64,000 nt of DNA. Origin: Mobula hypostoma (Eukaryota). This document shows, piece by piece, positions 1 through 12,099 of the stretch (the stretch's first letter is position 1; every line of letters starts with the position of its first letter). The notes under the pieces were generated by a model. The model was not told the origin of the DNA, did no database searches, and saw only the letters and a program-made list of their open reading frames with translations. The stretch spans positions 91,328,001 to 91,392,000 of the forward strand of contig NC_086108.1 of NCBI RefSeq assembly GCF_963921235.1, given 5' to 3'. The position numbers were made by a program, and so were the translations under genes.

Positions 1-143
1 CAGGTGGGAAGGATGGAGTAGAGTGCAGAGGCTATGACATCATCAGTGGACTGATTTGAGTGATAGGCAAACTGGAAAGGGTCCAATGTAGCAGGAAGAT
101 GGGATTTAATGCAATCCATAACTAGCCACTCAAAGTACTTCAT
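1..143 (-). mobile_element. Rex1/Babar-type LINE RT fragment, truncated by the window edge
   Basis: Minus strand translates MKYFEWLVMDCIKSHLPATLDPFQFAYHSNQSTDDVIASAL, matching the LDPLQFAY..RSTDDAI RT motif also seen at ~45720-45840. Confidence 0.8.
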
Positions 144-849
144 TTAAGGCTTGGAAAGTAGTCAAGGGACCCGTGAAGATGGCAGTGAGTACCCTTAAAA
201 TGACATCAGTTCACTTATCTGCATCCCTTAGTTCCAAGGTGTTGCAATTTCCATTTTATATGTGTTGTCTCTCTTCCAAAAGGCATTATTTTTGCTGTAA
301 CAATAAAAGTAATCAGATGTACGTTCTAGTGAACACCAGCTATTTATGTTAAGAAATAATTTGAAGCAATTTTCTTTAATGTAGGGAAAAGAATAACCTG
401 CCTGCGGTGGGAAAGACTGAGCATGAATATTTCAATCTTAATCAGAAGAGGCTCCTACAAGTCATTCACTGATGACTTGTATCTGGTGCAAGATGATGTA
501 GAATTAATCAAATTACACTCACTTAGTTAGTCAGATGTACATTGATTCTTACTTTAAGCAATTTTTGTGTTACATGATTATATGCAAATTATACTTCAAC
601 TGCATGATTGGCTTGTTAAATTAGTAGAGTTCAAAGAACCATGGATCTGTATTTGATAGAACTTCATATACCACAGTTTGATCATAATTTTGACAGGAAA
701 TATATTTAGGGAAAGATACATGAATTCTTTTGTACTTTTAACTTCAATGCCCTTTTAAAACCAATTCCAAAAAGAGATGGGGGAGATCCTAAAATGGATT
801 TTTTGCAACTGGGTTGATTCAGGCGACATATAGTGAGGCAAAACAGCAG

Positions 850-1530
850 TGAGGTCATGAATCCTATACAGATTACAGAGCAGGAGGTGTCTTGAGGCAA
901 ATAAGGGTGGGCAAATCCCCAGGGCCTGACAATGTGGTCCCTTAGATCCTGTGGGAGGCTAGTGCAAAAATTGCAGGTGTCCTCAGAACAGGTGAGATGT
1001 TGGAGGATTGGAGGATAGTTAATGTTGTTCCAATGTTTAAGAAAGGCTCTAAAAATAAGCTGGGAAATTGTAGGATGGTGAACCTGACATTGGTAGTGGG
1101 TAAGTTATTGGAAGGTATTCCAAGGAATCCGATATATAAGTATTTCTATAGACAGAGACTGATAAGAGTAGTCAACAGTGTTTAGTGCTTGGTAGGTCAC
1201 GTCTAACTAATCTTATAGAGTATTTTGAGGAAGTTACCAGGGATGTTGATGAAGGCAAGGCAGTGGATGTTGTCTACATGGACTTTAGCAAGACTTTTGA
1301 CAGGATCCTGCAAGGAAGCTTATGCAAGTAGGTTTAGTTGCTAGGCATTCAGGAAGAGGTAGTAAATTGGATTAGACATTGGCTTCATGAGAGAAGCCAG
1401 ACAGAGGCTTGTGATTAGTGGTGTGAAGCAGGGATCAGTGTTTAATCCGTTGTTGTTTGTCATCTATATCATGGATCTAACCGATAATGCGGTAAACTGG
1501 ATCAGAAAATTTCAGAATGACACCCAGACT
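850..1530 (+). mobile_element. Decayed CR1 LINE ORF2 (RT) fragment
   Basis: ORF 997-1185 reads EDWRIVNVVPMFKKGSK..GNCRMVNLT; downstream remnants of YMDFSK and QGSV motifs; many stops. Confidence 0.85.
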
Positions 1531-2304
1531 TGACGACCTGTGTTACAGGGAAAAATTGAATATTGAATAAAGTTTTAACCTATTCAACTCTGGAGCCTCG
1601 ATCCTCGGCATCAATCCCTGGATATACCAATCACTGAACACTTGGCCTCGAATTCCAATTTCACTGATTTGTGAACCCAGGGGATCATCAAACTTTTCCT
1701 CCAGAGATGGGAAAATGTGGCCAAAATGAAGAATAAGAAAGTGACAAGAAAGGAAATATGGAAATATTTTACTCCAGAAATCATCTCTGTGAATAAAAAT
1801 AATTGCCAATAGGAATATAGAAAATATACAGCACAGTATGTAGAATATAGAATAGGAAGCTACTTAACCTGCAAGTCTGTTCAATAAGGCAACTGCAGTT
1901 CTGTGAGGCAACTCCATGTGCCTGCCATTTTTTATATCTCAAATTAACTTCATTTTCCAAAATCGTTTCAACAATTAACCTAGCATATATTGCCATTTGT
2001 GGAAATTTCTCTTCCTTCCTGACAATACAAATGGTCTATAACTTTTCTCCTGAAAGCTAGGCTCCTGTTTTCAAAGTAAGTCCCAAAGTGTTGGTTAATT
2101 GGTATACCCCTGGTGTAGGTGGGGGGAGGAAAGCAAAAGAAAAGGGTTGGGTATATGACAGTGAATAAAGTACAGGGAAATACATGATGAGAATGGAACG
2201 GCTTGCATTGCTCTGAGAGCCAGCATTGGCTCAATGAAGCAAATGGCCTCTTTCTATCTTGTAAAATATGAATAAATACAAGAAATATAATCAGTTTGGC
2301 AAAA

Positions 2305-4329
2305 GACTAAATCAAGGAAGGTAGTGCACCTGTGGCTGACAAGGGAAATTAGGGATAGTATCAATTCCAAAGAAGAAGCATACAAATTAGCCAGAAAAAG
2401 TGGCTCACCTGAGGACTGGGAGAAATTCAGAGTCCAGCAGAGGAGGACAAAGGGCTTAATTAGGAAGGGGAAAAAAGATTATGAGAGAAATCTGGCAGGG
2501 AACATAAAAACTGACTGTAAGGATTGGTTAAAACAAATGTAGGTCCCCTACAGACAGAAACAGGTGAATTGATTATGGGGAGCAAGGACATGGCAGACCA
2601 ATTGAATAACTACTTTGGTTATGTCTTCACTAAGGAGGACATAAATAATCTTCCGGAAATAGTAGGGGACAGAGGGTCCAGTGAGACGGAGGAACTGAGG
2701 GAAATGCATGTTAGTAGGGAAGTGGTGTCAGGTAGATTGAAGGGATTAAAGGCAGATAAATCCCCAGGGCCAGATGGTCTGCATCCGAGAGTGCTTAAGG
2801 AAGTAGCCCAAGAAACAGTGGATGCATTAGTGATAATTTTTCAAAACTCTTTAGATTCTGGATTAGTTCCTGAGGATTGGAGGGTGGCTAATGTAACCCC
2901 ACTTTTTAAAAAAGGAGGGAGAGAGAAACCAGGGAATTATAGACCAGTTAGCCTGACATCGGTGGTGGGGAAAATGCTAGAGTCAGTTATCAAAGATGTG
3001 ATAACAGCACATTTGGAAAGCGGTGAAATGATCGGACAAAGTCAGCATGGATTTGTGAAAGGAAAATTATGTCTGACGAATCTCATAGAATTTTTTGAGG
3101 ATGTAACTAGTAGAGTGGATAGGGGAGAACCAGTGGATGTGGTATATTTGGATTTTCAAAAGGCTTTTGACAAGGTCCCACACAGGAGATTAGTGTGCAA
3201 ACTTAAAACACATGGTATTGGGGGTAAGGTATTGATGTGGATAGAGAATTGGTTGGCAGACAGGAAGCAAAGAGTGGGAATAAACGGGACCTTTTCTGAA
3301 TGGCAGGCAGTGACTAGTGGGGTACCGCAAGGCTCAGTGCTGGGACCCCAGTTGTTTACAATATATATTAATGACTTAGATGAGGGAAATAAATGCAGCA
3401 TCTCCAAGTTTGCGGATGACACGAAGCTGGGCGGCAGTGTTAGCTGTGAAGAGGATGCAGGGTGACTTGGATAGGTTGGGTGAGTGGGCAAATTCATGGC
3501 AGATGCAATTTAATGTGGATAAATATGAGGTTATCCACTTAGGTGGCAAAAACAGGAAAATAGATTATTATCTGAATGGTGGCCGATTAGGAAAAGGGGA
3601 GGTGCAACGAGACCTGGGTGTCATTATACACCAGTCATTGAAAGTGGGCATGCAGATACAGCAGGTGGTGAAAAAGGCGAATGGTATGCTGGCATTCATA
3701 GCAAGAGGATTCGAGAACAGGAGCAGGGAGGTACTACTGCAGTTGTACAAGGCCTAGGTGAGACCACACCTGGAGTATTGTGTGCAGTTTTGGTCCCCTA
3801 ATCTGAGGAAAGACATCCTTGCCATAGAGGGAGTACAAAGAAGTTTCACCAGATTGATTCCTGGGATGGCAGGACTTTCATATGATGAAAGATTGGATTG
3901 ACTAGGCTTATACTTGTTGGAATTTAGAAGACTGAGGGGGGATCTTATTGAAACATATAAAATCCTAAAGGGATTGGACAGGCTAGATACAGGAAGATTG
4001 TTCCCGATGTTGGGGAAGTCCAGAATGAGGGGTCACAGTTTGAGGATAAAGGGGAAGCCTTTTAGGACCGATATGAGGAAAAACTTCTTCACACAGAGAG
4101 TGGTGAATCTGTGGAATTCTCTGCCACAGGAAACAGTTGAGGCCAGTTCATTGGCTATATTTAAGAGGGAGTTAGATATGGCCCTTGTGGCTAAAGGGAT
4201 CAGGGGGTATGGAGGGAAGGCTGGGGCGGGGTTCTGAGTTGGATGATCAGCCATGATTATACTGAATGGCAGTGCAGGCTCGAAGGGCCAAATGGCCTAC
4301 TCCTGCACCTATTTTCTATGTTTCTATGT
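2305..4329 (+). mobile_element. Young 5'-truncated CR1 LINE (ORF2 RT, 3' UTR, microsatellite tail)
   Basis: ORFs 2324-2542, 2524-3465 ([44 protein letters not shown]), 3380-3757 and 3914-4237; ends in TTTCTATGTTTCTATGT; few disablements. Confidence 0.97.
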
Positions 4330-4779
4330 TTAATCAGGTTTAACATCACTGCCATATGTCATGAACAACAGAAAATCTGCAGATGCTGGAAATCCAAGCA
4401 ACACACATATGTCATGAAATTTGTTAAATATAAATATGAGAATCTTAGAATTATAAGCCAACAAGAATAGTTTCATTCTATTAGTTACTATTAGTTTACT
4501 GAAGACATTGGGTAAGTCAGCTTTTAACCTTGTAAAATCCAGGAAATACAACCCTGGTTTGTTTAATTTGTGTTGCAAGAGTGAAGTGTTCAGTACAGAT
4601 CTACTTGACTGTTAAATTAAAATCCACTCCAACCGCAGCCAAACTAAAACCATTTCATTCCCAAGGATTTTCCTTTATTTGGTACCTACCTAACTTGAAT
4701 TCAATTTCTATAGTCATAGAGTGATGTAGAGGTCCAGCTTGGATCAGACCCTTCGGCCCTACAATGATAAATTTATGCT

Positions 4780-4945
4780 AATCCTACTAACAGACCACAG
4801 CTTTGGCACATGGGAGAAAACTGGAGTATCTGGAGGAAACCCAATCAATCACAGGGAGAACGTGTAAGCATAGAGACAGCACCCGATATCAGGATTGAAC
4901 CCGGGTCTCTGGCATTGTGAGGCTGTGATTCTGCTCATTTCGCCC
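4780..4945 (-). mobile_element. tRNA-derived V-domain SINE (HE1-like), partial
   Basis: GGGAGAAAACTGGAGTATCTGGAGGAAACCCA..CACAGGGAGAACGTG is the reverse complement of the V domain; GGATTGAACCC is a reversed B box. Confidence 0.7.
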
Positions 4946-5129
4946 TTCTACCTCTCAATAATAACAATGGATTTGGGCTTGATTGAGGTGGCCTGGCTGC
5001 AGAAGGAAGGGTGTCCGATTAGCTGAGGACCCCATCATTTCAGCAGCTTCACCTCATTCATTGCCCTGGGGACTCACCCCTGATCAGCTCCCTTGTTTAT
5101 TGCCTGGCTCAGTTTCTGTTTCTTGTATT

Positions 5130-5422
5130 ATTTATTGATTTTTATTTATTTATTGAGATACTGCACAGAATAGGCCCTTCCAGCTCTTCGAGCTGCACTG
5201 CCCAGCAATCCCCCGAATTAATCCTACCCTAATTAGATGATAATTTACAATGACCAATTAACCTTCCAATCTTTGGACTGTGGGAGGAAACTGGAGCCCC
5301 AGAGGAAACCCACGCAGTCAGGAGAAGAGCATACAAACTCTTTTCAGGCAACTGCAGAATTGAACCGAGAATTATTCACCTGTACTGTAAAGCATGGTGC
5401 TAACCACTACACTACTGTGCCA
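5130..5422 (-). mobile_element. tRNA-derived V-domain SINE with CR1-like 3' tail
   Basis: (TTTA)n tail, GGCCCTTCCAGC, TGTGGGAGGAAACTGGAG..GGAAACCCACGC, GAATTGAACC. Related copies at ~8640-8815(+), 26396-26685(+), 34890-35090(-), 35860-36110(-), 39480-39610(-), 43545-43830(+), 62560-62810(-) and 63820-64000(+). Confidence 0.8.
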
Positions 5423-5612
5423 AGATCAAGTATGTGTGTAATATTACTTCTTGGCTCTGCAGTGGATGAGCCAGACACAATGTCACAAATAATAAAGTTA
5501 TACTTTTTATTCACAAACAGATGGCCCAGAAATATATCTAATTCCTAGCTCAACATTGTGAGATACTGTTAGGCATAGATTGGGTAACCATAGTCAAATG
5601 CCCAAAACTTAC

Positions 5613-5714
5613 ATGCGTTTGTAGCTGGGGTCCTCATTGAGGAGTGACTTGTCCACTTCCTTTGGCAGGGGCAAGAGGAATTCCAAACTTTGAATTCACC
5701 TGAATTCCCAGAGT
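5613..5714 (-). other. Candidate 102-nt internal exon of an unidentified host transcript
   Basis: On the minus strand, a polypyrimidine tract ends in TTTTTTGTTCTTTTTACATTTACTAG (acceptor) and the 3' edge reads CAT|GTAAGT (donor). Length is divisible by 3. One frame is open (phase 1-1): SGNSGEFKVWNSSCPCQRKWTSHSSMRTPATNA. The sequence is non-repetitive. Confidence 0.5.
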
Positions 5715-5889
5715 CTAGTAAATGTAAAAAGAACAAAAAAAGTCTGGATAATTTTTCTGGTCCTCCAAGGGAAATAACCACTAATGGAAAAATGCCTGGA
5801 AGCAAGCTAGACTATCTATGCTGGAGTCTCGGCAAGGTTTTGGAAAGCATTCACAAATTGGCTGAAGGACAGCTTTTATCCAGATCTCC

Positions 5890-6211
5890 TGTGACGAAAG
5901 ACCTAGGCGAAGACGGTTAGAACACAAGTGTTGGAGTATCTAAAACCAGACTAGTGACATGATACGAGACTGAAACAATGACAGGGTTCTAAACTATACG
6001 GCGCTAGATGAGAATCAAAAGTGGAACTGATGATTGAACACCAAATCTTAGTTCAAGTGCTCTTTAAATATTAAAATCCTGGCTCCAAAACATGTCTTCC
6101 AATTGCCAGAGTGGGCCTGAATCTTTAAGGGGACGTGCCAGCTACCTATATTCCAGAGAGTCGGGGCATCTAAACCCCGGAAGGTGGTGCGGTCAAGTGT
6201 GTCTTATAACA
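5890..6211. mobile_element. Possible solo LTR
   Basis: Begins TGTGAC and ends TATAACA (TG..CA) and is richer in CpG than its flanks. No clean TSD (CTCC vs TTCT). Confidence 0.3.
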
Positions 6212-7206
6212 TTCTTTGCCTCACAACCTAACTTGATATGATCTTATACTTTATCGTTTACCTGACCTGCACCTTTTTCAATAACTTTTACACTTTATCC
6301 TGCATTGCTATTGTTTTACCTTATTCTAACTCAATGAACTTGTAATGATTTGATCTGTATAAACAGTATGCAAGCCAAGCTTTTCACTGTACCTTGTAAC
6401 AATAATAAACCAATACCAATATTTCTCCCTGAGGACTTCAGTAACTTAAAAGAACTCCAGAAAGCACCATATCTATGCACAGTCACAGTAACAGCCTGTA
6501 ATTCATTACAACTAATCAGCAACTAGAGAAAGGTGCCTCTATCATCCCAGCCCCTGCACAAATGTGTAGGCACGCAATGACTGACATTGGAAACAATTCA
6601 GCACACAGCCAAAAATTTGAGGGAAGTAATTTACTTTCAACTATCTGATGGCTACTTCCATCAGAACGTGACTCAACCGGGGTGTCGGATATTTTGCAGC
6701 AGAGAGAGAGACAATTTTGAAGCAGTGCCTCTTTGTAGTGAAGCACTTATATTGTACATTTGAAATGCAGATATAGAGATGAGCACGCTTGTCTGCACTG
6801 TGAGATTAATGATCCAGGTATCATAATGCAGGGAGTTGTGGTATTTGAATACTAAAGATAGAAGTAGGGAGAATTCCCTAGAAGAATAACAAACACTTGC
6901 TTTATTCAGGGCAGTTAGACTCAATTCCTGCAAGAGATGTCAGTTACTTTGACAATAATCCAAAACCAAAAGGATATTATTGTTTATAAGAAATGCAGTA
7001 CATACTCCATGAAAAAATAATGTCTTATTTTTCCGGGTAAAAGTATAACAACATTCTCTAGGGTTGTCTCTAGGGGTCGAGGGTGACTTGCTTCCACATC
7101 AGTTCTAAATAATGGAAGACGCCAATGCATAATTTCTTTTAACATAAGATAGCCTCTGCATATCAGCTACTGCACAGACTAGACAGAGCTACATTTTGGT
7201 TTATAG

Positions 7207-7280
7207 GCACACGTATGCACGTACGTGCCTGCGTGCACGCACACACTCACTCACATTAATGTAAGCACACACACATGCGT
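7207..7280. repeat. Degenerate alternating purine-pyrimidine (CA/CG/TG) tract
   Basis: GCACACGTATGCACGTACGTGCCTGCGTGCACGCACACAC..., followed by a ~550-bp C/T-rich low-complexity stretch (7310-7860). Confidence 0.7.
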
Positions 7281-9519
7281 AAAAAACATGTACAAGTACT
7301 CTGGATTACCTATTCTTTCTCACATGCTTCCCTCACTGTCCCGACTCTAATCCCCCAAACTAATTGCCTTCCTTGTATCCCTCCCGCTCAGTTCCTCTTT
7401 CCACTCTTCAGCACCCCACCCTCCATTTCGCTCTCCAGTTCTGCTCCTTCATAACCGCTAACATTAACTCAGTCCTCAACTCTTTCTCTTTTTCAGCTTC
7501 CTTCCCATTTATTCTTTCACACAATGCCCTTCCCCTCTCACACACACCTCTTGCCCCCACCCTCTTCATTCATACCCTTCTGTCTCAATTCCCAACTCTT
7601 ATTTCGATCTATTCCATGCACCCGCTTCACTAACCCTCTTCTTCTTATCTCCTGTCTTCTTGTTTATTTTGCCTTTCAGTCCCCCATGAATATTTTTAGC
7701 CATACTCCCACCCCAGACATGCAGCCAATGGTCTTTCCCAACTCTCCAGCAGTCGATCACTCTCAGGGAGAGGCCGATCCCTAACCATGGCTCTTCACTC
7801 TCTTCAATTGCTGTTTACCCTTCCTACCCTTCCAACTTCTGTTCTCAGTACCCACGTCTCTTGAGGTCTGCAGCATTATCCAAAGATATTTAACATGTTT
7901 AAAAGGTACATCTCTCAGTTAAATGATGTTAAATATGTCATACTCTACGCTTCTGTTCATCTCCAATTTAGAAATTAAGTTGATAAAAATGTAAGTTAGA
8001 AATGAGGGAAATGATGAAAATGTATTTGTAGGATAAAGTTACAGCCAGGAATTACAGTTCCATCACTGCTTCAGTATTTTTCAAAGTTCAAAGTAAGTTT
8101 TACTGTCAGAATGTATATATATCATCACATACAATGCTGAGATTCATTTTCCTGCGGGCATACTCAGCAAATCTATAGAACAGAAACTCTAACAGGATCG
8201 ATGAAAGATCAACCAGAAGACAACAAACTGCAAATGCAAATATAAATAAATAGCAATCAATAACAAGAACATGAGACAACAAGATAAAGAGTCCTTAACA
8301 TGAGGTCATTGGTCATGGGAACATCTCAGCACATGACTGCAGTTAACCCCTTTTGTTCAAGAGCCTGATGGTTGAGGGTTAGTAAACCGTAATTGCATAA
8401 AAACATTAACATCCTCAAATCTCTCAAATTCCTCTACATTTTTCCCACAGCAGCGCATTCCTTCTTATTCCATATTCTTCAGTACATCAGAGTCCCACAA
8501 AGATGGTGTTGGGTGAGCACATGTAGGAGAATAGTGCAATCAGGAAACACGGAAATTTGAAGAAGTGGCTGCTGCCCAGTTGAAACAAATTGCCAAACAG
8601 CAGTACCATATTCTTTACATCACAAAGGCTGTTTACTCATCTCCGTATCGTGTCATATCCCATATCCAACTCAGCCTCACTGCACCAGAGACCTGTGTTG
8701 ATTCCCGATTTTGGATTGTGTCCCTGTAGAGCTTGTATGTTCTTTCTATGACCCCACGTATACATTTGTAGGTTGATGATCCATTTTAAATTGCCCCTTA
8801 GTGTGCAGGTGAATATTAAGCCATAAGGTATAGGAGCAGCATTAGGCCATTTGGCCCATTGAGTCTGCTTCGCCATTTCATCATGGCTGATCCATTTCCC
8901 CTCTCAGCCCCAATCTCCTACAAGACCATAAGATAGAATAAGGATATTTGGCTCACTGAGTCTGGTGATTGTGGGGGGAGGGGGTTGTGATTTATGAGAA
9001 GGTGGGGAAAACATTAAAAGATTTAGCATAAGATCAGCGAAAGTGGATGCTTAAGGGTCAGCACACACTCTATGAATGGAAAGGTAAGTATCCATGTCTC
9101 TTTATGACTCTAAAACTCCAAATTTACCTTCATCTCCACTGCACTTCAGTTCCTCCAATACAGCCACCAGACACATAAAGTTCATCTCATTGGAAATACC
9201 ATATTGCTGAAATCTTGCTTGTTAATCTACCCTTTTCCAAAAATTAGATTCTCATCCTTGTGTTTATATCCCTTCATATCTATAACTTTCCCTAATTCTG
9301 TAACTTGCCCAAAATCTACAAACTGCCTTTCTACCTTTTCTCTCTCTCTTCTGTTGACTCACCATCCCCAATCCCCCAAACTTATTCAGACGTCTAAGAT
9401 CAATGATTAGTAATTATTTTCCTAAATCTCTCTGCCTCTCCAATATCCTTCTCTCCTTTAAAACTCCACCTAAATCCTGCTTTTTAACAAGAAGGGGCTT
9501 CTTCCTCCTTCCTTTCCAG

Positions 9520-9615
9520 TCCTTATGAAAGGTTTCATCCTGAAATATTAACTGTTTATTCCTTTCCATAGATGGTGGCTGATCTGCTGAGTTCCTCCAG
9601 CATTTTGTGCGTGTT
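9520..9615 (+). mobile_element. Short Penelope-derived (pLTR-like) repeat with a decayed hammerhead motif
   Basis: CAGTCCTTATGAAAGGTTTCATCCTGAAATATTAACTG...CTGCTGAGTTCCTCCAGCATTTTGTG; same family as 33945-34085 and as the 3' end of the Penelope fragment at 60235-60330. Confidence 0.7.
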
Positions 9616-9942
9616 ACTCTATCTCATAACAAAATGGTCACACTATTTAATTTTTCATTTTTTCTATTGTCAAAGATTTTTCTTTATGCCTCTATGATAT
9701 ACTTTGAAATTGTTTTTAATATTTGTATGTTTATTGTTGTTGCGTCAATGCCACTATTAATTTCAACAGGGAACATGGCATATGAGTCTACTTGAATTAA
9801 AATTCTATTCTGCTGCATCCTCCCAACCATTTCTCCTGACACACTCAGTTACAGAGTTGTCCTTCTTAAAAATGACTTAATCTGGCTGAACAACTGCTGT
9901 CTACAAGAAGGAAGGGGGGCAGAAGAAAGGAAATTAGACCCG

Positions 9943-12097
9943 GAGACCATGAGACATGGGAGCAGAATTAGGCCATATGGCCCATCAAGTCTGCTCCACC
10001 ATTCGATCATGGCTGATCCTTTTTTTTCTCCTCCTCAACCCCGGTTCCTGGTCTTCTCCCCGTAACCTTTGATGCAATGTCCAATCAAGAACCTATCAAA
10101 CTCTGCCATAAATACATCCAAAGACCTGGCCTCGACAGCTGCATGTGGCAACAAATTCAACATCCTTTAGCTAAAGAAATTTCTCCGCATCTCTGTTTTG
10201 AAAGGGAACCCCTCTATCCTGAGGCTGTGCCCTCTTGTCCTAGACTCTCCCACCATGGGAAACATCCTTTCCACATCTACTCTGTCTAGGCTTTTCAACA
10301 TTTGAAAGGTTTCAATGAGAATCCCACTTATCCTTCCGCATTCCAGCAAGTACAGACCCAGAGCCATCAAACGTTCCTCGTATGATAACCCTTTCATTCC
10401 TGGAATCATCCTTGTGAAACTCCTCTAAACACTCTCTGATGCCAGCACACCTTTTGGAAGATGAGGGGCCCGAAACTGTTCACAGTACTCAAGGTGAGGC
10501 CTCACCAGTGCCTTATAAAGCTTCAGCATCACACCCTTGTTCTTGTAATATAGACCTCTTGAAATGAATCTAACATGGCATTTGCCTTCCTCACCACCAA
10601 CTTGACCTTCAAGTTACTTTTTAGGGTGTTCTGCACAAGAACTCCCAAGTCCCCTTGCATCTCAGATTTTTGGATTTTCTGCCCATTTAGAAAATAGTCC
10701 GCACATTTATTTCTATTACCAAAGTGCATGACCAAGCATTTTCCAACATTGTATTTCATTTGCCACTTTCTTTCCTATTCTCCTAATCTGTCCAAGTCCT
10801 TCTGCATCCTACCCGTTTCCTCAACACTACCTGCCCCTACATCAACCTTCATATCATCTGCAAACTTGGCAACAAAGCCTTCTATTCCATCGTCTAAATC
10901 ATTTACATGCAGCATGTAAAGAAGTGGTCCCAACACCGACCCCTGCGGAATACCACTAGTCACTGCCAGCGAACCGGAAAAGGATCCCTTTATTCCCACT
11001 CACTGCCTCCTACCAATCAGACAATGCTCTAACCATGTTTGTACTTCCCTGTAATACCATGGGCTCTTAACTTGGTAAGTAGCCTCGTGTTTGGCAACTT
11101 GTCAAAGGCCATCTGAAAGTCCAAATATACAACATCCACTACATCTCCTTTATGTATCCTACTTGTAATCTCCTCAAAGAATTCCAACAAGTTTGTCAGA
11201 CAAGATTTTACCTTAAGGAAACCACACTGACTTTGTGCTATCATATTCTGTGTCATCAAGAACTCCATAACCTCATCCTTGACAATTGACTCCAAGATCT
11301 TCTCAACCACTGAGGTCAAGCTAACTGGTCTATAATTTCCTTTCTGCTGCCTTCCTCCATTTTAAGCAGTGGAATGACTTCTGCAATTTTCAGTCCTCTG
11401 GCACGATGTCAGAGATTTTTGAAAGAAAATTTCTAATGCCACCACAATCTCTAACACTACCTCTTTCAGTACCCTAGCGTGCAGTTCCTCTGGTGTGGGT
11501 GATTTATGTACCTTCAGGTCTTTCAGCTTTTTGAGCACCTTCTCTCTTGTAATAGTAACTGCACCCACTTCTCTTCCTTCACACACTATAACATCAGGCA
11601 TTCTGCTAGTGTGTTCCACAGTGAAGACTCCTGCAAAATACTCATTTAGTTCATCAGCCACCTCCATGTCCCCTGTTATTATTTCTCCCGCCTCATTTTC
11701 TAACGGTCCTATATTCACTCTCACTTCTCTTTTATTTTTAACATACTTGAAAGCACTTTTACTATCCACTTTGATATTATTTGCTAGCCTGCATTCATAT
11801 TTCATCTTTTCCCTTCTAAAGATCTTTTTAGTTGTTCTCTGTAGGTTTATAAAAACTTCCCAATCCTCCATCTTCCCACTAATATTTGCTTTGTTGTATG
11901 CCCTTTCTTTTGCTTTTACAATAGCTTTGACTTCCCTTGTCAGCCATGGTTGTACTATTTTACCATTTTTGGAATATATATGTTCTGTATCTTCCTCATT
12001 TTTCCCAGAAAAGAAATGCCATTGCTGCTCTGCTGACAACCCTAACAGCAACTCCTTCCAGTTTACTTCGGGCCATCTCCTCTCCAATATCACTGTA
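9943..12097 (-). mobile_element. 5'-truncated CR1 LINE, disrupted
   Basis: Minus-strand ORFs 11362-12093, 11029-11319 (YLDFQMAFDK), 10775-10999 ([14 protein letters not shown]), 10529-10759 and 10167-10409; CR1 3' tail at ~9943-10070. Confidence 0.95.
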
Positions 12098-12099
12098 AT

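Noticed and set aside
385..530. Possible plus-strand exon after TTTCTTTAATGTAG
   Set aside because: No good donor, all three frames reach a stop, and there is no recognisable product.
2524..3465. Long RT ORFs (also 13695-14708) as retron, group II intron, DGR or other novel RT systems
   Set aside because: They have standard CR1 LINE ORF2 motifs, CR1 3' tails, many degraded paralogues and a eukaryotic context.
7364..7784. Ser/Pro/Leu/Phe-rich ORFs
   Set aside because: They are by-products of C/T-rich low-complexity sequence.
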